From Minisyncoccota bacterium (GTDB lineage: Bacteria > Patescibacteriota > Minisyncoccia > Phycocordibacterales > UBA2100), in NCBI GenBank assembly GCA_035708165.1, contig DASSSZ010000005.1:112840-176839 (forward strand): a DNA stretch of 64,000 bases, in the 5' to 3' direction. Both the position numbers and the translations under genes were made by a program. Below, in pieces: positions 51,923 to 60,529 of this stretch; the first letter of the stretch is position 1, and each line of letters starts with the position of its first letter. Under the pieces are notes generated by a model. That model worked only from the letters and a program-made list of their open reading frames with translations, was not told where the DNA came from and did not search any database.

Positions 51923-52603
51923 ATGATCTATTTCGATAAGGTGACTAAGGCATATGGCGACGGAGTCCCGGCCGTCGAGGACATCGAGCTCTCGATCGAG
52001 CCGGGCGAGTTCGTCTCGATCGTCGGCCACTCGGGCGCTGGCAAGACGACCCTCCTCAAGATGCTCTTCGCCGAGGTCGCGCCGACCGCCGGCGCGGTGT
52101 ATTTCGGCTCGCGCGATATCAGCCAGCTGCGGCCGAAGGAGCTCCTCGAGATGCGCCGCATCATCGGCACGGTCTTCCAGGATTTCCGCCTGCTGCCCAC
52201 CAAGAACGTGTACGAGAACATCGCGTTCGCGATGGAGGCGGCCGGGCGGCTCGATGAGGATATCGAGGCGGATGTCCCGCACGTGCTCGATCTCGTCGGG
52301 CTCGCGGATAAGATGTGGAGCTTCCCGCACGAGCTCTCGGGCGGCGAGCAGCAGCGCGTCGCGATCGCACGCGCCATCGTCAACCAGCCCGATATCCTCA
52401 TCGCGGATGAGCCGACCGGCAACCTCGACCCGATCAATACGTACGAGGTGGTGCAGATCCTCAAGAAGATCAACGACCTGGGCACGACCGTGCTCCTGAC
52501 GACGCACAACAAAGGCGTCGTCGATTCTATCAATCGCCGCGTCGTCACGATGGACCAGGGGCGCATCGTGCGCGACGACCCGGCTGGCAAGTACGTCCTC
52601 TAA
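51923..52603 (+). CDS. ftsE: cell-division ATP-binding protein FtsE
   Basis: Walker A GHSGAGKTT, ABC signature LSGGEQQR and Walker B ILIADEPTGNLD. Start MIYFDKV at 51923. Confidence 0.9.
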   Translation: MIYFDKVTKAYGDGVPAVEDIELSIEPGEFVSIVGHSGAGKTTLLKMLFAEVAPTAGAVYFGSRDISQLRPKELLEMRRIIGTVFQDFRLLPTKNVYENIAFAMEAAGRLDEDIEADVPHVLDLVGLADKMWSFPHELSGGEQQRVAIARAIVNQPDILIADEPTGNLDPINTYEVVQILKKINDLGTTVLLTTHNKGVVDSINRRVVTMDQGRIVRDDPAGKYVL

Positions 52604-52606
52604 TCT

Positions 52607-53536
52607 ATGCAGCATCTCTGGCTCTCAGCGAAACGCATCGGCCGCTACGGCCTCATCGGGTTCTTCCGCAACGGCTTCGTCACGCTGGCGGCGATCCTCA
52701 TCATGACGATCACGCTCGCCGTGATCGGGACGATGATGGTCACGGGCGCCGCGCTCTCAGCGACGCTTTCGACGCTCTCGGACAACGTCGATATCAGCGT
52801 GTACTTCACGCCTGATGCGCCGGAGGACCGCATCATGCAGGTCAAGAGCGCGCTCGAGGCGCTCCCTGAGGTGGCGAACGTCACCTACACGACACGCGAC
52901 CAGGCGCTCGAGCAATTCAAGGCGCGCCATCAGAACGACCAGCTCACGCTCCAGGCGCTCGATGAGCTCGCGGACAACCCGCTCGGCGCATCGCTCTCCA
53001 TCCAGGCGAAGGACACGAGCGAGTACCAGGCGATCGATACCTTCCTGCAGACCGCGCCGGGCGTCGGCGAGGGATCGGATAGCATCATCGACAAGGTGAA
53101 CTTCGCGCAGAACAAGACGGCGATCGAGCGGCTCTCGAACATCATCGCGACCGCGCGCACGGCGGCGATCGCGATCGCGATCATCTTCGCGATCGCATCC
53201 ATCCTCATCGCGTTCAACACCATCCGGCTCGCGATCTATACGAGCCGCGAAGAGATCGGCGTCATGCGGCTCGTGGGTGCCGGCTCGTGGTACGTGCGCG
53301 GGCCGTTCGTGGTCGCCGGCGTGCTCTACGGCATCATCGCCGCGATCCTGGTGCTCGTCCTCATGTACCCGGTCACGTTCTACCTCGGCGGGCCGTCGGA
53401 GCGATTCTTCGGCACGTTCAATACCTTCACGTACTACATGCACGCGTTCCCGCTCATCTTCTCGATCATCCTCGGCACCGGCATCGTGCTGGGCGCGCTT
53501 TCGAGCTTCCTCGCAGTGCGCCGCTACCTGCGATAA
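52607..53536 (+). CDS. ftsX: cell-division permease FtsX
   Basis: Four TM segments with a large periplasmic loop. It lies immediately downstream of ftsE. Confidence 0.85.
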   Translation: MQHLWLSAKRIGRYGLIGFFRNGFVTLAAILIMTITLAVIGTMMVTGAALSATLSTLSDNVDISVYFTPDAPEDRIMQVKSALEALPEVANVTYTTRDQALEQFKARHQNDQLTLQALDELADNPLGASLSIQAKDTSEYQAIDTFLQTAPGVGEGSDSIIDKVNFAQNKTAIERLSNIIATARTAAIAIAIIFAIASILIAFNTIRLAIYTSREEIGVMRLVGAGSWYVRGPFVVAGVLYGIIAAILVLVLMYPVTFYLGGPSERFFGTFNTFTYYMHAFPLIFSIILGTGIVLGALSSFLAVRRYLR

Positions 53537-53567
53537 GCGGGGATTCCGGGAAAAGAAGGCCGCCGAA

Positions 53568-53921
53568 TCATTCGGCGGCCTCTCGTTTGGGGGCGCGGTA
53601 GCGCAAGAACGAGCCCGCGATACGCTCGACGAGCATGACATAGGCATCCGTCCCGTCAGGGACAGCGAAGCGCCGCGTGGTGCGTCGCAGCTTCGTGCGG
53701 ACGCTCTTCTCGAATGACGAGAGAGCGACGCTCCCGTTGATGCGGGCCTCGATCAGCTTGCTGTCATGCACGACCTTGAGAAGGATCGTCCCGTCCGGAT
53801 GCCGCCCGCGGCGGACCATGAGGCCGTCGCGCTTCCACGCGTCGACTACCTGCTGCGGGATGATCCGTTCCGCCTCCTCGCGGATGCGAGGGTCCTGCGG
53901 CGGGAACTTCTCGGTCTCCAT
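53568..53921 (-). CDS. hypothetical protein
   Basis: 117-aa ORF, basic. No recognised motif. Confidence 0.4.
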   Translation of the reverse strand: METEKFPPQDPRIREEAERIIPQQVVDAWKRDGLMVRRGRHPDGTILLKVVHDSKLIEARINGSVALSSFEKSVRTKLRRTTRRFAVPDGTDAYVMLVERIAGSFLRYRAPKREAAE

Positions 53922-54055
53922 TGCTGTACTCCTTCAAAAAAGAAAAGGCCTTGCAGGGATGCAAGAACCTCGTGCCCTTTCTATTGTACGCATCCGCTCG
54001 GCTGCGGCAAGGCCGGCATGTGCATTACCCGAGCGGCACCTGCTATGATGCGGCA

Positions 54056-54787
54056 ATGGCGCTCTCGCTTATCTCTCTCAATATCGAGCGGGACCGGCAC
54101 CTGCCCGCAGTCGAGGCGCTCCTGCAGGAAACGGCACCGGATGTGGCTTGCCTCCAGGAGGTTTTCGAAGCAGACCTGCCAGCACTCGCGAAAGCGGCCG
54201 AGGGTGAGGCGCTCTTCGTGCCGCGCATCCGCTATCCGAGCCCGCGCGGCCTCATGCCGGAAGGGCTCGCGATCATTTCCCGACGAGGGCTCTCCGATCA
54301 GGCATCAGCATGCTATGCCGGCGAGAAGGCCGCGATCCCGATCGCGGCGATCGACGGCTCCGTCGAGGAGAAGCAGCGCGACCAGCGCTATAGCATCGCG
54401 TCCTGCCTCGTCGAGAAGGATGGCGCCTCTTACCGCATCGTGACGACGCATTTCCCCTGGACGCCCGACGGCGAAGCGGATGCGTTCCAGCGCGATGCGC
54501 TCGCAGGGCTCTTCAGCGTGCTCGAGCCATTAGGCGAATTCGTGCTGACCGGCGATTTCAATGCGCCGCGCGGCAAGGAGATCTTCAGTGCGATCGCCGA
54601 GCGGTACGCGGATGCCGTGCCGCCCGCGTATGGATCTTCGATCGACGGACGCATCCATCGCGCCGGACCGATCCCGTACATGGTGGATGGCCTGTTCTCG
54701 ACGCAGGACTATCGCATCTCGGACGTCGTGATGCGCTGCGGCGTCTCCGATCACTGCGCGCTCGCCGGGGCAATCGAGCGCGCCTGA
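54056..54787 (+). CDS. endonuclease/exonuclease/phosphatase (EEP) family protein
   Basis: Start MALSLISLNIE at 54056. ...CLQEV..., VTTHFPW, LTGDFNAPRG and VSDHCAL are motifs typical of the EEP fold. Confidence 0.7.
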   Translation: MALSLISLNIERDRHLPAVEALLQETAPDVACLQEVFEADLPALAKAAEGEALFVPRIRYPSPRGLMPEGLAIISRRGLSDQASACYAGEKAAIPIAAIDGSVEEKQRDQRYSIASCLVEKDGASYRIVTTHFPWTPDGEADAFQRDALAGLFSVLEPLGEFVLTGDFNAPRGKEIFSAIAERYADAVPPAYGSSIDGRIHRAGPIPYMVDGLFSTQDYRISDVVMRCGVSDHCALAGAIERA

Positions 54788-57084
54788 TTCCCGCCGAGCC
54801 GCTCCGCGATGCCGTCCTCGACAGCCATCAGCGGCGCGCCGAAGGTGAGGCGGGAGAGCTCGGCGAGCTTCTCCGCGACCTCGGGGCTGCCGCGCGGAGG
54901 CAGCGGGATCGTCATATTGAACGCGCGCGTGGGCTGCCCGTGCACCAGGGGGCGGATGATCGCGTGCAGATTGGGGAGGGTGATGAGGTCGGTCGAGGCG
55001 AAGTTCGGCGCCATGTGCTTCTCCAGGGCCTCCGCGTCCTCGGTCCCCACGCGGAAGGAGACCAGCGTGCCCGCATTGCCGAAGACCGCATCGCGGATAT
55101 GCTCCGGCAGCTGCCCGAGGTACTGGTGCGCGATGGTGAGATTAAGGCGGTACTTGCGCGCTTCGGAGAGGATGGTCGTGATGGAGTCGGTGGTGAAGTT
55201 CTGGAATTCATCGATATAGAGGTAGAAGTCGCGCCGTTCCTCCTGCGCGACGTCATCGCGCCCGAGCGCAGCCATGAGGAGCTTGCCGGTGATCACCATG
55301 CCGAGCAGGTTCGCATTGATCTCGCCGATCCTGCCCTTCGGGAGCTTCACGATGAGGATCTTCCCTTCGTCCATCACCTGCCGGAAATCGAAGGCGCTCT
55401 TCACCTGGCCGATGATCGGCCGCATGTAATCGTTGCCGATGAAGCCGCCGAACTTCGAGGTGATATAGGGCGTCATGTTCGCGAGCGCGCCTTCGCCGCC
55501 GGCCTTCTCGGCCTCTTCGCGCCAGAAATTCGCGACGACAGGATTCCGGCAGCGCTCAAGCTTCGCGCGGCGCCACGCGGCATCGGTGAAGATGCGCGGG
55601 ACCTCGACGAGCGTCGCCGGCTCGACGGCAGCGTCTTCCATGAGCAGGAGGAGCGCGTTGCGCATGTACTGCTCGAACATCGGGCCCATCGTCTCCTCTG
55701 AGTAGAGGCGATTGAAGATGGATTGCATCTCGTTCACGATGAAGGTCTTCTGCTCCGGGCGGCTGGGGTCGAACTCGAGCATGTTGAGCCCGAGCGGGCG
55801 GCCGAGCTCCGAGGGGTCGAACACGATCACGTCCTCGATGCGCTCCGCCGGCACGAGCCCCAGGATCTCATCGGCGAGGTCGCCGTTCGGATCGATGAGG
55901 CACGCACCAGCGCCGCGCGCGATATCCTGCGCGAGCATGCCGCGGATGAGCGTGGACTTGCCGGTGCCTGTCTGGCCCACCATGTACACGTGCCGCCGTC
56001 TATCCTCGTCCGTGAGCCGCACGTCGCGATGCTCGCCCCGGAACTCGCTTTGGCCGAGCATGATGCCTTCGGCGGGGAGCGCCGGGGCTTCCGCTGAACG
56101 CGCCGAGTGCCAGGCGATGCGCGGGATATCCAGATCGGCAGTAGGCAGGTGGAAGATGCTCGCGAGCTCCTCGGTGTTCATCGGCATGGCGCCTTCGCCC
56201 GGCTCGCGGAACGCGTAGCGATACGCGAGGCTTTTCATATCCCGCGGCTTCTTCAGCCCGAACGCGTTCCGGGTAGGGCCGGCGAACTGGCCGAAGCTTC
56301 CGGCGATATCGAGCAGGAGGTCAGCCGCGCGGTCGCTCGATTCGGCTGCGACGATGATGCGCACTTCCGCCGAGAGCAGCGGCTTCGCGATCTTGCGCTC
56401 GAGCGCCTGCACGGCTGCATCATCGATAGGGCGGAAGCGCTCTTCATGAGGGTCCTCCTTGCGCGGGCTTCCCGCGAAGGCCTTCTTCACGTCGGTGAAC
56501 GCATTCTCGCTGAGGATGGCGGAAAGCTTCTCGCCGCCCTGCACGCGCTCGATCGCGCTCCGGACGGATTTCGCGAAGCTGCCAGGGGCAGGGCTGACGA
56601 TGATCTGGAGCGCGGCCCCGTCGCCTGCATCATTGAGCTTCCCCAGAGAGGAGAGGATCCCGGCGAACGTGTCCACCTCCGCTTCCGCATACGTGCGGAT
56701 CGGGAGAAGCGGCTTCTCTTTCATGGTGAGCGTGCCCCCGGCCGTCCGGCTTCCTTGGCCGAAGATCGTATAGTCGTCCGTCTCCTCGACGCGCGCACGG
56801 GGGAATAGCCCGAGGATCTGCTGCTCGGCGAAGCTGCGCTTCGCGCGGGGCACGGCGATATAGAAATGGATATCAGTCCCGACATTGTGCACCGCGACCT
56901 CGAAGACGAACGGTTCGCCGAGCGAGAGCAGGGATGCGAAGAGCTGCTCGCTGCGCTTGATATCGGAAAGCTCGTTCCGCGGATCGCGCTCCTCGCCGGC
57001 CGGACGCGGCAGCGTGATCTCGAGCAGCCGGAGCTCGAGCTGCTCCGCGAGATGCTTCTTGGAGAAGGGGAGAGCGAAGGCCAT
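54751..57084 (-). CDS. FtsK/HerA-superfamily P-loop ATPase, TraD/VirD4-like (type IV coupling protein/DUF87-type)
   Basis: Walker A VGQTGTGKST and Walker B YLYIDEFQNF. A ~330-aa N-terminal region of unknown function. 777 aa. Confidence 0.5.
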   Translation of the reverse strand: MAFALPFSKKHLAEQLELRLLEITLPRPAGEERDPRNELSDIKRSEQLFASLLSLGEPFVFEVAVHNVGTDIHFYIAVPRAKRSFAEQQILGLFPRARVEETDDYTIFGQGSRTAGGTLTMKEKPLLPIRTYAEAEVDTFAGILSSLGKLNDAGDGAALQIIVSPAPGSFAKSVRSAIERVQGGEKLSAILSENAFTDVKKAFAGSPRKEDPHEERFRPIDDAAVQALERKIAKPLLSAEVRIIVAAESSDRAADLLLDIAGSFGQFAGPTRNAFGLKKPRDMKSLAYRYAFREPGEGAMPMNTEELASIFHLPTADLDIPRIAWHSARSAEAPALPAEGIMLGQSEFRGEHRDVRLTDEDRRRHVYMVGQTGTGKSTLIRGMLAQDIARGAGACLIDPNGDLADEILGLVPAERIEDVIVFDPSELGRPLGLNMLEFDPSRPEQKTFIVNEMQSIFNRLYSEETMGPMFEQYMRNALLLLMEDAAVEPATLVEVPRIFTDAAWRRAKLERCRNPVVANFWREEAEKAGGEGALANMTPYITSKFGGFIGNDYMRPIIGQVKSAFDFRQVMDEGKILIVKLPKGRIGEINANLLGMVITGKLLMAALGRDDVAQEERRDFYLYIDEFQNFTTDSITTILSEARKYRLNLTIAHQYLGQLPEHIRDAVFGNAGTLVSFRVGTEDAEALEKHMAPNFASTDLITLPNLHAIIRPLVHGQPTRAFNMTIPLPPRGSPEVAEKLAELSRLTFGAPLMAVEDGIAERLGGNQARSIAPASAQ

Positions 57085-57089
57085 GCGGC

Positions 57090-57485
57090 TTAGATGAGCC
57101 CGCGCTGCGAGAGGGCATCGTAGAGCTTATCGACCAGCGCATCATGGAAGGCATCGAGGATGTACGGGTCTTTCGTGCGCGCATCCGCGATCGCAGCTGC
57201 GATGCCTTTCTCCTGGATCTCATCGATGAGCGCATTCACCGAGGCGGCGGTTGCCGGATCCGTATGGTCAAGGTAGCTGCCGCTCGAAGCCGCGGGATCC
57301 GCGGGGGCGGCAGCCGCCTGCGCGGCATCGTGCAGCGCATTGCCGATCGCCGCCTTGGCGATCTCCTGTGATGCGGCGCTTTCGATGCCGGCTTCGCGCT
57401 CGAGCACGCTGCGGCGCGATGCGATTTCCGTATTGATCGCTGCCACTTCCGCCTCGAAAGCGGGCGAGAATCGCTCCGGTTCCAT
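57090..57485 (-). CDS. hypothetical protein co-oriented immediately upstream of the TraD-like ATPase
   Basis: Start MEPERF at 57485. Helical and Ala-rich. 131 aa. Confidence 0.4.
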   Translation of the reverse strand: MEPERFSPAFEAEVAAINTEIASRRSVLEREAGIESAASQEIAKAAIGNALHDAAQAAAAPADPAASSGSYLDHTDPATAASVNALIDEIQEKGIAAAIADARTKDPYILDAFHDALVDKLYDALSQRGLI

Positions 57486-57569
57486 GCGCCAAGTATAGCA
57501 GCTTAGCGTTGAAGGAAGCCGTCGTTTCATGTATGCTGTGCAGACGCTGAGTCCGCCGACTCGGCGTAT

Positions 57570-57640
57570 TGCCGGATCGTCTAATGGTAGGACAACGGAT
57601 TCTGGCTCCGTTTATCTAGGTTCGAGTCCTAGTCCGGCAG
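57570..57640 (+). tRNA. tRNA-Gln, anticodon CUG
   Basis: TGCCGGA-TC-GTCT-AATGGTA-GGAC-A-ACGGA-TTCTGGC-TCCGT-TTAT-CTAGG-TTCGAGT-CCTAG-TCCGGCA-G. Confidence 0.85.
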
Positions 57641-57715
57641 CAGCTTAGTTTAGTATCGAAGGACCTAGAGGGGTATAAATGCTTCTGTTTCTACTCACCC
57701 CCCGAAAGGCCTATA

Positions 57716-60529
57716 ATGTATGGGTTGCCCATTATGGATTCTTACAAGTATGGGTCTAAATGGCGTAGGTGGGATTTGCACCTACATACACCAGAAACCC
57801 TAAAAGAAGATCAGTACACTGGAACGACGCCCGAGGAAAAGTGGGAGAATTTTTGCAATGATATAAACTCCACCGACGCTGAAGTATCGGTCGTGGGCGT
57901 AACCGACTATCTCCTCATCGATAACTACAGGAAATTCCACTCCTTCATCGATTCAGGGAAGATCACCAAGAAATTCGACCTTGTCATCCCAAACATCGAG
58001 CTTCGGCTTACCCCGGTGACCGGAAGCGGGACAGCCTTGAACCTCCACCTATTAATCGATCCTGCGTTCGTGGACCAGCTCGAGTCCCGCATTTACTCAA
58101 AACTCAAAATCAAAAGCGGCACGACGGAATACACCGCTCTTCGGGCTGACTTGATTCGTCTCGGTAAGACGATAGATGCGGCAGCTTCAGACGACGTCGC
58201 GTACAAGAAAGGAGCCGAGCAGTTCGTCATCGATTTCGATACCCTCAAAGGAGTCTTTGATAACGATCCCGACCTGCGTAACCACTGCCTCATTGTGGTG
58301 GCTAACAGCTCGCATGATGGAGCCACGGGTGTAACGCACCACGCAAGCTTCTTCACGGCTACCGGCTCGAGCCTCGATACTAAGCGACAGGCGATTTACA
58401 AATTTGTTGACGCTATATTCTCCGCTAATCCTAGCGACCGTACATACTTCCTCGGTAAGTCTTCCAGCGATACACGCGACATCGTCATCGACAAGTGCGG
58501 AAGTCTCAAGCCGTGCGTGCACGGATGCGATGCGCATACTAACGCGAAGATCTTTAAGCCGGATCAAAATCGATATTGCTGGATAAAGGCGAATCCTACG
58601 TTCGAGGGCCTACGACAAATCCTATTCGAGCCGGAGGAGCGCATCTGCGTTCAAGAGCTACAGCCGGATGAGAAGGAGCTTTATCGCGTTATCGACAAGG
58701 TGAAGCTGACCGATGCGAATTTCACTGCCGAGCCGCTCGAACTCAATCCGAATCTGAACGTAATTATCGGCAGCCGCTCATCAGGAAAAACGACGCTGCT
58801 TAACAGCATTGCTAAAGCGGTAGACGTATCTGAATACGAGCTGCGTCATAAAGATTCCCCGCCCATAAAGGAACCTCCAAGCGCAAACGTGTTCTGGCTC
58901 GACGGCGCGGAAAGCGGTGCTGCAGAAACGCAGAAAGGCATTACCTACATACCTCAAAACTACATAAACAGCCTCGCCGAAGCGACCGAGGAAAATTCGC
59001 CCATACTTGAGATCGCCGAGAATGCGCTCTTCGACAGCACAGGCGGCATTGCTCAGGAAAGGAAGGATTTAAATCTCAAAATCGAGCAACTTAACCGCAC
59101 CATCGGTAACGACGTCTACCAGCTTTTTGTTACCCGGAAGCAGATCGCCGAGCAGAAGGAGAAGATCAAAAAGATCGGCGACAAAAAAGGTATAGAGGAG
59201 CAAATCAAGAAAGTCGAAGCCGAAATCGCGAAGCTTCAAAAGGACCTTACCAAAGCTGAGGCTGCTACTTTAAAGAAGCTCCGTGAAGAGTATGCGGACA
59301 ATAAAAAGCAAATCGAGACCATTACTGCTGATGTCGAGACGCTGACCGAGGAAACCGCTGATGTCGAAAGGGGTGCCAGCTTTTTTGAGGAAAGATCGCT
59401 CAGCTTGAAATCCGAGGAGCTGTCACGAGAGCTTGGCGAATTCACTGGCAAGCTCCAGGATGAATACCTGCAAAAGTACGTAGCGTTCGTTAATAGGAAA
59501 AAGGAGGAGCTGGCCAAGGAAAAGAAAAAACTCGAGGAAGACAATAAGAAAATACTCGACAACAACAAGGTCCTTATTGATAAGGCAAAGCAGAACACGG
59601 CCGCCGATCAGAAAGTGAAGGAGAAGGAGGCTCAGGACAAAAAGCTCGCGGAAATATCGTCGGCAGAGAAGGCGCTCAAGACCAGCGAGGATGCGCTATT
59701 GGCCACGCTCACAAAAATCGTTCTGGCGCACAAGGAGCGCTCTAACGCCCGACATGCCTTCGTCGCGAAAGCAACCGGAGATCTGGAAGGGATCGAGTAC
59801 CGCGCAGTGGTGGGGATCGACACGGTGAAGCTCGATAAGTTCATGACGGATTTCGTGAACTTCCACAACTCAACCGGCGCACGTACCCAGCTCAATGCGA
59901 TTCCTGGCTATAAAACGGGCGAGGACACGGATGTTTCGACTCTGATAAAAAACGACAACATTAAGACAACCGCCGAACTTATTCTTAGCGATACCTTGAA
60001 GCTTAAAGCCGGCATCGATTTGCAGCGCGCCATCGAGGGACTGTTCGGCGACTTTGAATTCATCAACTACTCTCTCAAATATGAGGGCGACAACTACCCT
60101 GAAATGACCCCAGGCAAGAAATCTCTCGTCGTATTAAAGCTGCTCGTCGAATCCAGCGAGGATAAATATCCGATTCTCATAGACCAGCCAGAGGACGATC
60201 TCGATAGCCGTTCAATATCGGGCGAAATCGTCGATTTCTTACGCTCCAAAAAGAAGGAGCGACAGATTATCCTCGTCACACATAACGCGAACATTGCTAT
60301 CAAGGCAGATGCGGAGGAGATCATTGTCGCCAACCGTCACTCTACGCAGCATCCGAACAAGAATGCTGTCATGTTTGATTACACGACAGGCGCTATCGAG
60401 ACGAGCTTCGTAAATCCGTCTGCCGCATTTTCTCTTGACAAAATGGGTATGCGCGAGCATGCATGTGAACTTCTGGAAGGTGGTGAGGAAGCGTTCGAGA
60501 ATCGGAAGAATAAATATAATCTAAAGTAA
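57716..60529 (+). CDS. PHP-domain phosphoesterase fused to an SMC/OLD-like ABC ATPase (single-protein anti-phage defense candidate, Ppl-like architecture)
   Basis: N-terminal PHP motifs (WDLHLHTPET, ...SSHDGATGVTHHASF, CVHGCDAHT). ABC ATPase with Walker A IIGSRSSGKTTLLNSI, a ~250-aa coiled-coil insertion, Walker B/D-loop ILIDQPEDDLD and H-loop LVTHNAN. A TATAAT box lies 6 nt upstream. Confidence 0.8.
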   Translation: MYGLPIMDSYKYGSKWRRWDLHLHTPETLKEDQYTGTTPEEKWENFCNDINSTDAEVSVVGVTDYLLIDNYRKFHSFIDSGKITKKFDLVIPNIELRLTPVTGSGTALNLHLLIDPAFVDQLESRIYSKLKIKSGTTEYTALRADLIRLGKTIDAAASDDVAYKKGAEQFVIDFDTLKGVFDNDPDLRNHCLIVVANSSHDGATGVTHHASFFTATGSSLDTKRQAIYKFVDAIFSANPSDRTYFLGKSSSDTRDIVIDKCGSLKPCVHGCDAHTNAKIFKPDQNRYCWIKANPTFEGLRQILFEPEERICVQELQPDEKELYRVIDKVKLTDANFTAEPLELNPNLNVIIGSRSSGKTTLLNSIAKAVDVSEYELRHKDSPPIKEPPSANVFWLDGAESGAAETQKGITYIPQNYINSLAEATEENSPILEIAENALFDSTGGIAQERKDLNLKIEQLNRTIGNDVYQLFVTRKQIAEQKEKIKKIGDKKGIEEQIKKVEAEIAKLQKDLTKAEAATLKKLREEYADNKKQIETITADVETLTEETADVERGASFFEERSLSLKSEELSRELGEFTGKLQDEYLQKYVAFVNRKKEELAKEKKKLEEDNKKILDNNKVLIDKAKQNTAADQKVKEKEAQDKKLAEISSAEKALKTSEDALLATLTKIVLAHKERSNARHAFVAKATGDLEGIEYRAVVGIDTVKLDKFMTDFVNFHNSTGARTQLNAIPGYKTGEDTDVSTLIKNDNIKTTAELILSDTLKLKAGIDLQRAIEGLFGDFEFINYSLKYEGDNYPEMTPGKKSLVVLKLLVESSEDKYPILIDQPEDDLDSRSISGEIVDFLRSKKKERQIILVTHNANIAIKADAEEIIVANRHSTQHPNKNAVMFDYTTGAIETSFVNPSAAFSLDKMGMREHACELLEGGEEAFENRKNKYNLK

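Noticed and set aside
50929-57084. Minus/plus shadow ORFs across prfB, ftsE and the TraD-like ATPase (50929-51822 -, 51860-52615 -, 52757-53647 -, 54940-55701 +, 56107-56808 +)
   Set aside because: Antisense to genes with diagnostic motifs (GGQ, ABC signature, Walker A/B).
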